Shown one piece after another: positions 1 through 12,145 of a DNA stretch of 64,000 bases. The notes under the pieces were generated by a model. The model had not been told where the DNA came from, searched no databases, and saw only the letters and a program-made list of their open reading frames with translations. Where the stretch lies: positions 2,976,001 through 3,040,000 of the forward strand of contig NEEC01000002.1 in the NCBI GenBank assembly GCA_002189035.1. Direction: 5' to 3'. The stretch comes from Utricularia gibba. Taxonomy: Eukaryota; Plantae; Magnoliophyta. Each line of letters starts with the position of its first letter. Position 1 is the stretch's first letter. Both the position numbers and the translations under genes were made by a program.

Positions 1-571
1 AGTGAGTATTCTGTTTTGTTCTTGAATCGCCTTCTCCAACTCACATCCATACAGACACTTCATTGGGATTTTTATGCAAAAAAAGAGATCGAAGGTGAAG
101 GAGCAAGCTGTTCAAGTACCTTGAGTAGAAGCTGGGATGTGGATTCATGTATGACCTGATTCTACACCAAAAAGAACGAGTGATGAAAGATCTTATGGCA
201 ACAAGGTCCAATAGGTCGGGATTACTTCAGAAAAAATGGGCCAAGAAACTATTTGCGCATACTTTTCTTGTCCTTATAATCGTGAGAGCTGCTACAAGCT
301 ACTAGTCCAGGTTCTGAAGACTTTTAAGCTCATGGAGTTCATATCGTCGCCCATACAGTTCTTAGTCACGATTTGTACACAAAGTCATCCAACACTAAAT
401 GTGAGCTCTTGAACTCTCGTTTTCGTTTTTATTCTTTGACGAAATTTGTAAATGCATTCAGTAGAATGAGATGCCAGAATTAAACAGGGTGGAGGAGAAT
501 AAGAACAATGTGTATTCACCTGTGGTTTCGCTGCAACAACTCATTTTTCTGCTTAAGTTTGCTGTACTATC

Positions 572-1142
572 TGTTGAAATTCAGGATCTGATGGGTCGGG
601 CGAGTGCGTACGTGAATCCCAAGTATACAAGAAACGTGAATCACAATAGAAAAGATTAGGCCCAACCAATTATTAGTGATCCATAATTTCTTATATATTT
701 GACTATTCTATTTTCATTCTCTAATGTGAGATTGTGTATTCTAACACCGCCCTCAAGTCGAACTGGTCTGTGATCCGGTGATGACTTGCTCCTTTTTTTT
801 GTGATTGTAGGTAGTGCTCGGATCATAGGTCGATCTAATTTTTTGACGCCTAAGTCCAATGCATCTCCTTGTTTTTTTCCTTTTTTTTTTATTAACCGAA
901 ACTTAGACCAGAATGAAACCCATCTTGGCCACCCAAGCCATGCCGTGAGGCAAACGCTCTGATACCATGTTGAAATTCAGGATCCAATGGGTCGGGCGAG
1001 TGCGTACGTGAAGTCCAAGTATACAAAAAACGTGAATCACAATAGAAAAGATTAGGCCCAACCGATTATTAGTGATCCACAATTTCTTATATACTTGACT
1101 ATTACACTTTCATTATCCGATATAGGATTGTGTATTCTAACA
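572..1142 (-). mobile_element. Complete TRIM (terminal-repeat retrotransposon in miniature)
   Basis: Two 175-bp direct repeats (572-746 and 968-1142), each TGTTG...TAACA and about 90% identical by hand count. 5-bp TSD CTATC at 567-571 and 1143-1147. Initiator-Met PBS (reverse complement GCTCTGATACCA) at 956-967. PPT-like ACTTGAGGGCGG (minus) at 747-758. Non-coding internal part of 221 bp. Confidence 0.96.
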
Positions 1143-1829
1143 CTATCAAACTAAACACTACTACTGTCCCATAGGCATGCTTAGTAGGCGTTGTTTCGCA
1201 CGTGTCTTTGCCACAAGTAGCTTGCGGAGCCATACACATCTTCTAAACTTCTTATCATTTTATTCATTAGTTACATATTGTAGTACTCCTCTAGTGAGCA
1301 TAAATATCATGCTCGTTGTTACATTCAGTTTGTTGGTTTTATTTCCACAGAACATTGTGTGAGTTTAATTTTAGATCATCGATCTCTACAATTTGTTCAG
1401 CAATTAACCTAACAAGATAAATAATCATCAAGAAAAAACCTCTACTAAACACAACAGTTTTGCTTCATTCATTTGCAAGTATGGGAGAAGTAGGCTCATT
1501 GGCCATCGATTGACTTTTTGCAAAAAAAAAAAAAAAAAAAAATCTCTCACACTTCTTAAGTATATGATCCATGCTGTGTTCACATAATATTTATGATACG
1601 AAAAAACAGAATAAAAGAGGAAGAAATCAAACGTATTGGTGCAAAGTTTACAATGGGAAGTATTTTCTTTTATAAAGCATTCCACATATACATAAAACAG
1701 TACACCCCTCATAGTAGATCTTAGATTCAAATCTTATAGAACCTAAAACCACAAATAGAAAAATCTGAAAAGATCCTCAAAAGAAATAGAAAACCCTGAT
1801 CGTCAAAAAATGAAAAAGAAAATACTCAC

Positions 1830-2014
1830 CATGAATCGGTAGCATATTTGGAGAGCATCCTCATTTGACAGAAAACGACCAAACCAACTTTCGTGTCTCA
1901 TAAAATTGAGATCTCATGTGGTTTCTTCAACAGCCCGCCTCTTCTTTTAGAGAAAATAACCTGCCTGTTGATCTCGTTTTCAATCCTCTTCAACTGAGCA
2001 TTCCCTCTTCCCAT
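1830..2014 (-). pseudogene. MADS-domain exon 1 of the AP1-like pseudogene, with a premature TGA at codon 39 (conserved Cys)
   Basis: ATG at 2014-2012; TGA at 1900-1898; GT donor at 1829-1828; several further missense changes in the FS.KGKL motif (reads FCQMRML). Confidence 0.93.
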
Positions 2015-2031
2015 GATTTTTGTTTTGACTC

Positions 2032-5000
2032 TGTTTCAATTGTTCCGAACTAAGAAATCAACATAGAGTTTTCTTCTCACCTTTCCGGTTCTTGACCTTT
2101 AGAACTGGGTTTTCAGATTTCTTCAATATTGCTCTGCTCCTTCAATTCACCTGTTATTGATGCGGTGAGCGTGGAGCAAACACAATGACCGATTCTCCAA
2201 AAACTTCAACAGAAACTCGTGGTGACCTCTTAGATATGAGAAAATTATTATAGATCCTTCAACACCAAGGGCTTGATGCTTCAGATCCATTATATATTCA
2301 TGGGTCTGAAAATCCAAGTCTCGTCATGGTGACTCCATCTTTGAACATCAAAAACTTCCTCTCTTGGCGTAGAAGTCTGACCATGGCCCTGGAAGCATGG
2401 AATAAATTGGTGTTTGTAAATGGTAGACTTCCACAACCACTAGTTTCAGATCCAACCTACAATGCATGGAATCGAGTAGATGTGATTGTGAGAAGGCTGA
2501 TGAACTCCATATCACATGAGTTGGTCAACAATTTCAATTCAGTAGGAACCGTAAAGGAGCTTTGGGAGATGATAGAGAAGCAATTGAAGAAAATGAATTT
2601 AGAAGCAATTTTCAACATTCAACGTGAATTGTATCATATTTCACAAGGGAAAATGTCGGTCAGTGAGTATTATTCTTGCATGAAAAATTTGTGGACAGAT
2701 TTGGATGAATTCATGCCTACAAATCATTGTGTAATTTGCAAAGAGACAAAGGCAGCGCAACGAACCAGACTGGTGTAGTTCCTAAATGGATTGAATGAGC
2801 AATTTGCTGCCATCATTAATCAGATCATTACCATAAAGTTGGAACCAAATTTGGACCAAGCTTATGCTATGATAATAACGATGTAGGGACAGCTAAACCT
2901 GGGTGTTAAGACGGAAATACAGGAGAGTACTTTTATGGCACATCAGCATCTTGGCAGCCATGCCATGATTAACCAACCACCACCATCTTTGGCTATTCCA
3001 ATCCAAATCAAGGATCCAAAGGGAAGACACTGTACCTATTGTAAACGAGAAGGACACTTGCGAGAAAATTGCTACAAGTTGAATGGATATCTTGATAAAC
3101 AAAAGAAGAAAAAGGGTCATCAGCAGGTACAAACAATCAACATGGCTGAAATTATGGCTCTTGAATTTCCTGGTCAACCGGTCAGTGGACAATCGAGCAA
3201 TGATATAGACTCAAAAAAGGAAAGCTCCTAGAAGATCATACAACAAGAGCTCCTGAAGCTCATGAACCCTCCCACAAAGACAGAGCCTACCGAACAAGCT
3301 CATTATGTTTTCAAAGATTTTGCAGGTACACATGTGGAATTCTATACTGCATTACATTTGTTGCATAGTAAGGATTGGATACTAGATATCGGAGCTACGA
3401 CTCATTTATGTGCTGATGAGACCATGTTTGACAACCTTACTATTTTGGTTGATCCTATAGCTATTTCACTTTCTGATGGTTCCACATGTTTGACCACTCA
3501 TATAGGATCTGTTCTGCTGTCCAAAACCCTTACCTTGAATGATGTCCTTTATGCTCCTAGCTTTTAGCATAACTTACTTTCTGTTTCAAAACTAGCACCA
3601 TCCATCTCTTTTTTATTTACTGGTACCTGCTCCATTTTGCAGGACTAGGTATCTAAATCTGTGCTAGGGGTTGGGATCTTGTGAAGTGGACTCTATGTAT
3701 TGGAACAACATTCCTTTTTGCCTAAAACCCTCCAATTGTACTCACTTGTTTTAAAAGGAACATTGCCAGTGGGACAAAAACTGTTCTTGTTAAATTTTGG
3801 AAGTGGTTTTTTAAATTCAATGGCTGTATACTTTGGTCACATTCCCATTTTTTATGCCATCATAGACTAGACCATATTTCTTCCTCAACAGCCAAACATT
3901 TACCATTTGACTGTTCCACCCATAATGAGTCTTGCGATGCATGTGAGTTTGCTAAATCCACACGCCTACCTTTCGGGTTGTCAGATTCTAGAGCTCCTCA
4001 TCCTTTGTATCTACTCCATTGTGACACTTGGGGTCCATATTCAACAACAACCCTCATTGGACAAAAATATTTTTTAACTATCATTGATGATCATTCTCGT
4101 GTTACCTGGACCTTCCTAATTTCCAGCAAACAGAACCTTCATGCTCTACTATTTGCCTTTGTAAAAAGGATGGAAAAACTCTTAGGGTACACGGAAAAAT
4201 ACATTCGATTGGATAATGGTAGTGAATTCAAGAACCATGTTGTGAAAACCCATGCTGACTTGCATGGAATTTCACAACAATTTTCTTGCTCCTATATTTT
4301 GTAGCAAAATTGGAGGGTAGAACGTAAGCATCGCCACCTTCTAGAGATAACAAGAGTATTACTTTTCCAATCCTCCTGCCTAAGTCCTTTTGAGGAGAGG
4401 CTCTTCTTACAGCTACTTTCATCCTCAATCGCTTGCCATCCTCTATTTTAGCTTGGATGTCCCTAATTGAAGTACTTATGGGTGAAGCCCCAGATTATTC
4501 TTTTTTACGTGTCTTTGGGTGTTTGTGCTATGCTAGTAATCTTTCTCCACATAGAGACAAGCTGGATTCTAGATCCAAGAAGTGTGTCTTCATTGGCTAT
4601 CTATCAGCTCATAAGGGTTATATACTTTATGAGTTGGAAAGTGGAAACATTTTTGTTTCCAGAGAGATAAAATTTTATGAAAGGCACTTCCCATACCAAT
4701 CTGCTTCCTTCATTCCTCCAAATATCGATAATTGGCCCTCCTTACCAATTGGTACAATTGATTCTAATTTCTTAATGTCTGTCCTTGTTCCCTCATATCC
4801 AATTGCTGAGGTGTAGAGAACTCACTTGACATAGATTTTTCTGAAAATTGCTCTTCTTCCACTGATCAGCCTATATCATCTTCTACATCTTCCTCTGATG
4901 ATAATGTCTAGCCGACCTGTCGTAGCCACCATCTCCATCAAGCTCCCTCTTGGCATCATGATTGCATTATGCTTGCCCAACCCACCTTATTTAAGTCCAT

Positions 5001-6888
5001 CCCTAGTTTGACTTTTCCTCACAATAATTCCATGGACCCACCTTCGTGTCTCATGTCACTACTAGATGTAAACATTATGGCTCTGGTGTTTATGTTCTAT
5101 GAACCCCAAACCTATTACCAAGCCAAACAATATGCGAATGGGATCAGACAATGAAAGATGAAATTTCAGCCATGAAAAGAAATCATACATGGGAAATTGT
5201 AGAATTAACTCCGATAGAAAGGGCCATAGGATCAAAATGAATTTATAAAAATAAGATTAAGGCTGATGGTTCTCTTGAGCGGCGCAAGGCCAGAATTGTG
5301 GCACAAGGATTCACACAAATTGAAGTTGTAGACTATTTTGAGTGTTATGCCCCAGTGGCTAAGATGGTTAGTATCAGAATGCTAATTGCTCTAGCAGCGG
5401 ATCGAGGTTATTTTCTGCATCAAATTGACATTAATAATACTTTCTTGCATGGCCCTCTTGATGAGACGATATATATGAGACTACCAGATGGTTATCCAAG
5501 GTCATCTCCTAATCAAGTTTCTCTACTCAAGCGTGCCATCTATGGCCTTAAGCAAGCCTCAAGGTAGTGGAACCTTGAACTTACTAGATATCTTTTATCT
5601 CAAGGTTTTAGTCAATACTATGTGGATCCTTGCCTATTTATGCACATTATTGGTGATACTCTCATTGCATTGATGGTCTACGTTGATGATATTATTATTG
5701 TTGGCTCGAGTTTACGTGACATTCAAGCACTAAAAGATGGCTTACACTCTACCTTCACCATCAAGGATTTAGGAAAAAACTACTTTTTTTCTTGGAGTTG
5801 AAATCCTTCACTCACCCACTAGGATCCATTTGAGCCAGCAGAAATATATTCAGGTCATTTTACATGACTTTGGAACAGATACACTCAATCATGTTGATAC
5901 ACCATTTCCCCGCAATCATAAGATTATTTTTTCAGAAGATGAACCCGATGTGCAATTGGACTATTACAGACACCTCATTGCTATATTGCTTTATTTGAGT
6001 ATCACTAGACCGGATCTTGCATTTTCAGTCCAACAACTGAGTCAATTCATTCAAAGGTCAAAACTAGCACACTAGGAAGGTGCACGCAAACTGCTTAATT
6101 ATCTATCAAGTCATGTAGACCTTGGTCTGTTCTATCCAACACTTCCAAACTCCTCAGCAATGCAGTTTGCTGCTTATGCAGATGTAGACTGGGGAGCATG
6201 TATTGAAACTAGAAAATCTATGAGTGGCTATTGTGTGTTCATGAGTGAGTCTGATTTCTTGGAGGATCAAGAAACAACCAACGGTGTCTCGGTCTTCCAC
6301 GGAAGCTGAGTATCGTATTCTTGGTGCAACGGCTATTGAGTTGTTATGGATCTCATATTTGGCACGTGATTTGGATGTTCGATTTACACATCTTGTGACC
6401 CTTTGGTGTGATAGCCAATCTGCCATCCATATTACCAAGAACCGTGTGTTCCATGAACACACAAAACACTTAGACATTAATTGTCATCTCGTTCACGATT
6501 AGGCTGGTTTCTTAGTGCCCACGCATGTTCGCTCTTCTTCCTAGGTAGCTAATTGTTTTACTAAGTCTTTAGCTGCCGCTGCTTTCCATAGTCTCGTGTG
6601 CAAGCTGGGAATGTGTCTGTCATCCTTCATCCAGCTTGAGGGGGGGGAATATTATCACAACAAGGGAATCGCATCAGGTCACAAAGTGCAGAACAACCTT
6701 GAGTGTTCTTTTGTATAATTCTTTTATTATATTAGTTTTGTACACAATATAAATAGGATGTTTCAATTGTTTCGAAATAAGAAATCAACAGAGAGTTTTC
6801 TTCTCACCTTTCCGATTCTTGACCTTCAGAACAGGGTTTTCAGATTTCTTCAATATTTCTCTGCTCCTTCTTTAGTTCACGTGTTATA
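2032..6888 (+). mobile_element. Degenerate Ty1/copia LTR retrotransposon (Ale/Retrofit-like), 5' LTR truncated
   Basis: Gag DPLYIHGSENPS...SWRRSLTMALEAWNKLVFVNG; zinc knuckle CTYCKREGHLRENC; protease WILDIGATTHLC; integrase HCDTWGPY; RT VAQGFTQ...YGLKQASR; RNase H SRSSTEAEYR...KHLDINCH. All are broken by stops and frameshifts. PPT TTGAGGGGGGGGAA at ~6636-6649 and 3' LTR ~6650-6888. Bases 2032-2157 match the last ~125 bp of the 3' LTR. Lineage assignment is inference. Confidence 0.93.
2158..2175 (+). other. Primer-binding site complementary to the 3' end of tRNA-Phe(GAA)
   Basis: TGATGCGGTGAGCGTGGA directly after the 5' LTR remnant; 17/18 match to TGGTGCGGTGAGCGTGGA, the complement of the plant cytosolic tRNA-Phe 3' end (..UCCACGCUCACCGCACCA, recalled). 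Confidence 0.8.
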
Positions 6889-6984
6889 CTCAACCCTCAA
6901 AATGGAAACCCTTGTAAATATATAATTGAGTTCCACCTAAACAGATGGAGAAAAAAGGGTGTTACAAAGGAACAAAGAAGATAT

Positions 6985-8290
6985 ATGAATGATCAATGTG
7001 TTTGCTGCCATAGAAAAATCAACACCACCTTCCCTTCATTTGATAGATTCCTCAAGAAGTGATATCGAACATCAATGTGTTTGCTCCTTGCATGAAGCAC
7101 AAGATTCTTGGACACTTTTATGGTGGAATCATTGTCACATTTTACCAATAGTGGTTGTGAAGTTTCGTAACCTAGGCTGTGTAGAATTCTTGTTGCCGAA
7201 ATTGCGTGACATGTACACCTAGTTGCAGCAACAAATTCGATCTCTCTGGTGGATAAGGTCACAATAGATTGCTTCTTTGAACTCCATTAAATAGCCCATG
7301 TGCCAAGCTTGAATACATATCCTGACATGTTCTTTCTATCATCAACATCTCTTACATAGTCACTATCAATATATATTTGAAGCTTGCATTCTCCACCTTA
7401 GATATAAAAAATTCCCATGTCATTTGTTTCTTGCAAATATCTAATAATCCTCTTGAGTAGCTGTTCATGTTACTCCTTTGATGTTGCTACTATTAAGGCT
7501 TGATAACATTCCATTGTTTCTTTGTAAACATTGTTTCTACCATGCCGTTGTCCTCTACCTCCTCTACCACGGAAACAACTCTCTCTTTCCGTGTTATGGA
7601 TAATCTCACTAGTCTGACTAATCATAACTTATTCTGTTGAGTCATTTCTTTGGTTTCTTTTGATTTTCTACTCATGTACAAGCAAGGAGCCTTAAAGCTA
7701 ATCAATAGTTAGCTCATCTATGTTACTCGATTCCTCAATAGAACACAAAACATAATCATACTCAGTAGTAAAGAAACACAAGATCTTCTCCATTACCTTT
7801 TTATCATTCATATGCTCACCATTGTTGTGCATTTTTTCTGCCACTATAAGCACCCTTCCAACATAATCAGTGATATTTTCACTATTGTTCATCTTAAAGA
7901 TCTCAAATTCTCTTCTTAGCAACTGCAAATGAGATCTTTTCACTCATGTATTTCCTGAGGATATTTTAGTCATAGCTTACCAAATTTCATGAGAAGTATT
8001 CTTACAATGAATAGTTTCCAAGTAACACCAATTTATAGAGTAAAACAAATAGTTCTTCACCTTTCGGTCTTTGAGCTTCTTCCCATTAAGCTCCTTCTGC
8101 TGTTTGGGTGTTCACCTTCAACATGCATGGGAAACCACTCTTAATCAATTCCCAAAATTCCTTTGAGTGCAAGAAATTTTCCATTAATAAGGCCTAGTGA
8201 TCATAGTGACCATCAAATTTGGGAATTTATGGTTGCACAAATGACGACGACAATCCATTGTTCTGTGAGGTCATAATGGTCTGATTACAA
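6985..8290 (-). mobile_element. Internally deleted Ty1/copia fragment (gag plus end of RT and RNase H)
   Basis: Gag start MTSQ..FVQP*IPKFDGHYDH*ALLMENFL from 8274. UBN2-type gag LQLLRREFEIFKM..ENITDYVGRV (7698-7943). RNase H EFVAAT..CDNDSTIKVSKNLVLHARSKHIDVRYHFLR (6993-7262). Protease, integrase and most of RT are missing. Confidence 0.88.
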
Positions 8291-9329
8291 CTATTAAATG
8301 CACAGAATACAATTGATGAAAATTGGAACATATTTCATTAACAAAAGAAAGTACCCATAACTAGGTTACAAGACTCTAGCAGAATTGAACGAAAATGGCG
8401 CAAATGATTGGATATAATAGACAAAAGGTAACTAACTTGACTTAGTCTTGAGCAAGACTAGTGATTCACTCGAAGGAATTGAACCAATCTGGACTGGATG
8501 ATATTAGGCTGGACCATTTTCACAAAAGAAGGCAACTATAGGTGATAGGTGTGAAGAGGAATAAACACTCTTGCTATCTCATTTCGATTGTTAAATAGGG
8601 ATATATGTGAGTCTCAATCCCTCATATAATAAAGATAAAAATGGAAGGTAAAATAAAGCAAAAACTCAAAGTAAAAGTACTTCGGCAAACAAATCATTGA
8701 AAATATTGATGAAATAATTGTCACTAAAATTTATGGACGAAGTAACTTAGTTTTATAAAAAAATTTGTAAAATAATTATAACACATAAATAGATTTATAT
8801 GTAATTGATTTGAAATCAATGATATTCTTAATTACCATCAGATGTGACTTTATTTAATGATTATTTTAAAATTCTCAAATAATGTAAATATAGTTTAATA
8901 ATATTTTCATATAGTCAATGGAATTCATTTAAAAATTACCATCGATTGCACTTGTTTTGATATCACTTTAAAATTAAAAAAAACTACATTATAATAATTT
9001 CCATACACTCAACATAAAAAAACAAATTTAGTTGGAAACTCTATTTCTTATTTAAAGGTATATTTACAATAGGATAAAATGATTAGCATTTCTAATAAAA
9101 AACATGATATCAAAAATATTATCAATTATCATTTTGGTATTTAGGGTTTTTACATACATTTCCCAAATATTATTTATAAAGTATATTTCAATAAAGGAGA
9201 AAAACATAACCATTGTTCACGAGCATGGTATAATATTATTTATAATTTTCCTAAAAAAGTTATTTTCAGAAATAAAAAATTAATCAAATTAAAATAATTT
9301 GCAATATATTAAATTATTTTTAGTATTCT

Positions 9330-9750
9330 ATGATGGGTAAATTTATAGGTGGATACGGGTTGATCCTTGACGGGTCCGATCCATTATCCGTAACCATTAA
9401 AAATGAGTACGAGATAGGTCGAAGATGCATGAGTACAGGTTGACTCGGAAGGTCAATGAGTTTGGTTTGATATAGGCAGTGCCTCTTCATGCATTGCAAA
9501 TGTATAATTAGAGTGTTTAGATATTAAAGAGTTTCAATGTTTTTTTAAATACCATAAATATGTCATTGCAGTGATTGGATATTTAGTGTTTATCTAAATA
9601 TCAAAATGATTCAATTTACTTTGTTCCAAGTCGGCCCATGACCCGGTACGAGTCGACCTATATGACCCATCAAACCATGCCTGGCGAGTCATAAAATTAA
9701 TTTCTGACCCAGCGGGTTCAACCCGTAACCCACCGGATCTGACTTGTGCC
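9330..9750. mobile_element. Possible degenerate MITE-like element with GGGTC/GACCC-rich inverted ends
   Basis: ACGGGTTGATCC..GACGGGTC cluster near 9354-9376 faces GACCC..TTCAACCCGT cluster near 9706-9726; no clean TIR or TSD resolved. Confidence 0.35.
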
Positions 9751-10703
9751 CAGTTCTACTGTAAATTTATGAATGAATATATAATTTTAAATTATTTTAT
9801 TTATGTTAACAACCAGTTATCCAGAATTCTATCCATTTTAACAAATTTGATTTACAAAAATCTATCCATTCTACTTTTTTACATACAAATTTACTCATTA
9901 TCTCTCTTTCCCTATATTCTCTTATCTCTTTTTTTTCCTACAAAGTTACCTACGTTTCTTTTAGTTAAAAAAGGAAAGAGTATAAAATCATGAGAATTAA
10001 AATGTACAATAATTGGAATATCTTAAAAAGATATGTAGATCATGACATCTAATGTTAGAATCAAACCAGAACACATTTCAATGGTAGGAGAATGATACTC
10101 AATGATTTTTAAATAGCTAAGTACGGAAGAGTGTAATATCTGAGGTCTAATGACGAAACTTTATAATGATTATAGATGATGGAGATAATATGGTCAAATA
10201 GAATCTCATAATCTTGTGATGCATTTTCTTTGAACAAGATAATGTAAAATTATGAATAAAGAGTATCTTTAATTTATTAATATTGAAATAAATTTTAGTT
10301 ATATTAATTAATTAATTTGTTACTTTTAACATAAAGTAATATAATTTTTAATATTTAAAGTTAATTAAATAATGTAAGATTATTTCATTTTATTGAAATT
10401 ATTTGATTTGGGAAATTGTATCTTTTTTATAAATTTACAAAATAATTAGATTTTTATAATTATATATTTAATTTTAATAAAACTATATAAAATTGATTGA
10501 ATAATTAGGTATAATATAATTTTTTTTTTGTTGATAACATCATTTTGTCGATTATAGCCTATACATTAGTAATTATTTCTATCCTATTGTATTGATTCTA
10601 GTGATGGATATTTTTATATGCTTTTAATTTCAGTGATACGTTTTGAAACGAAAAAGAAAAAAGCAACATCGGTCATCGGTGTATTTCTAAATAACTCCCG
10701 ATC

Positions 10704-11066
10704 TTACAAATTGGTGACGTCCCCCTCTACCTTCTCCACCACAAAAGTGAAACTTGCCATCGGGCTCATCGTCGCTACTCTCGGCGACCGGGGCATCTCC
10801 GGCACCCTATTCCCGGCGTAATCGTAGTAAATAGCGCCGGAAAACTCCGGTGGCGCGCACTTTTCTCCCATCAAAATTGCCCTCTGCCACAGAGCATCTT
10901 CTTCCGGCCTTCTCGTGCTCGCCGCCGGTCGGCTTCCTTTTGATGCGAGTTTTCTCCCGTGTTTGGCGCAGAGAAAGACAACGAGCGAGGCTGAAACAAA
11001 CAGACCCACGGCTAAGGGAATCATAGGGTAGGCCTCCCGAAAGTGCACGGGCAACGCGCGAACCAT
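10704..11066 (-). CDS. Small plant-specific single-pass membrane protein of unknown function (120 aa)
   Basis: Single-exon GC-rich ORF with a hydrophobic segment (IPLAVGLFVSASLVVFLCAKH) and the recognisable family motif LWQRAILMGEKCAPPEFSGAIYYDYAGN...PRSPR. Confidence 0.85.
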   Translation of the reverse strand: MVRALPVHFREAYPMIPLAVGLFVSASLVVFLCAKHGRKLASKGSRPAASTRRPEEDALWQRAILMGEKCAPPEFSGAIYYDYAGNRVPEMPRSPRVATMSPMASFTFVVEKVEGDVTNL

Positions 11067-12145
11067 CGTCCGTATTTTTTGTGCTTATCAGTGTTGGATG
11101 TGTTTGCCAATGAGAGTTGGGTTGGTTTTTATATTGGGAGATTTGGTAAGCTCCTTGACTTGTTCCTAAGCGCTTATGGGATCACAGGAGATTTCCTTGT
11201 CATGGAGCCCTTGCCCTTTGGAGTTTGACATTTGATGGTCTGCTTTCGCGCCGTGTTGCTCTTCCAGTGTTCACATTTTCCCACAGGAGTAGTTGACGCG
11301 GTAGTCAACTCATCCCAACCTTCCTTCGCTGCAGGTAGCTATCAACGTGTTCCGGCTGTGAACCGGTCGGTAATCGGGACCGATTGTTTGCGTTGCGACT
11401 GATTTTTTTAAAATTTTATTTATTTTTGTTGAAGTTGTGAAATGAGAATTAGTTTGATATTTCCAAATATGAGATGCGGTTTTCTAGAAATTTCAAATGT
11501 GTTTACGACATGAATTTTAGAACACCCTACGACCAAGTCTTACGTCAACGCGATTTCTCTACTTTAGGCAATTTGTACTTCGTTGGTTTTCTAAATCTTT
11601 TGGCTTTTCTTGCCATTGAAAAAAAGAAACCTTTTGGCTTTTATACAGTTTTTTTTAAAGGATATTCAAAACCTTCGGCATTGACTTTTCCTACTCGCTC
11701 TGATTCTTGGTTTTTTTTTTTTTATGAAGACTTCATTTTATTTACCTTGACACTTCACTCATTCGGAAAAATGAAAATCGTTGAGAAAAGAAAAGTTATG
11801 GTGGGTTGTAAGAAAAATGCAGTACACGACTTAAGAAAAAGGATCAACGAGCATTTCGCGGGTGCTGCGCTCAAGCTTTAATGGATTTTATACTTATTAG
11901 CAAAAAAAATACAGGAAAACTAATGAGTCATAGTAGGAAAACCACAAGTGGTCGATAAATTAGATGAGTGACTTCCATTATATTGAATCTACCGATGAAT
12001 TCTTAACGATTTTAAACAAATGGTTTTTCATTACAAACACAAGGATTTGGGGCAATTAATGCCTAATCTTTCCCAGGGCATTGGGAGGTGACGCATCCAG
12101 ACGAACGCCTTTCACCTTGGGAAAGGGTCCCAACACATGACATCG

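Larger units (their letters stand above)
1..2014 (-). pseudogene. AP1: APETALA1/SQUAMOSA-like (euAP1) MIKC MADS-box pseudogene; continues beyond the left edge of the window
   Basis: Manual minus-strand translation. Exon 1 (2014-1830, 185 bp, ends TG|GTGAGT): [60 protein letters not shown]. Exon 3 remnant (571-520): YSKLKQKNELLQRNH-R|GTGAAT. Exon 4 (~361-263): NCMGDDMNSMSLK-(1-nt deletion)-LQNLD**LVAALTIIRTRK|GTATGC. Exon 5 (161-120, 42 bp, AG/GT): NQVIHESTSQLLLK. Exon 6 (36-1): EKAIQEQNRILT. Exon sizes match the canonical AP1/FUL layout, and EKAIQEQN and YSKLK..ELLQRNHR are euAP1-type. Exon 2 was not confidently found. Confidence 0.92.

Noticed and set aside
340-400. Minus-strand VQIVTKN resembling the hAT transposase VQVITDN motif
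   Set aside because: The adjacent sequence is explained much better as the intron and exon 4 of the AP1-like gene; no other hAT motifs are present.
1160-1262. Possible AP1 exon 2 relic (AACGCCTAC..CTATG..GACAG.TAGTAG resembling ERYERYSYAERQLV)
   Set aside because: It needs several gaps and has no clear splice sites, so it is not reported as an exon without an alignment.
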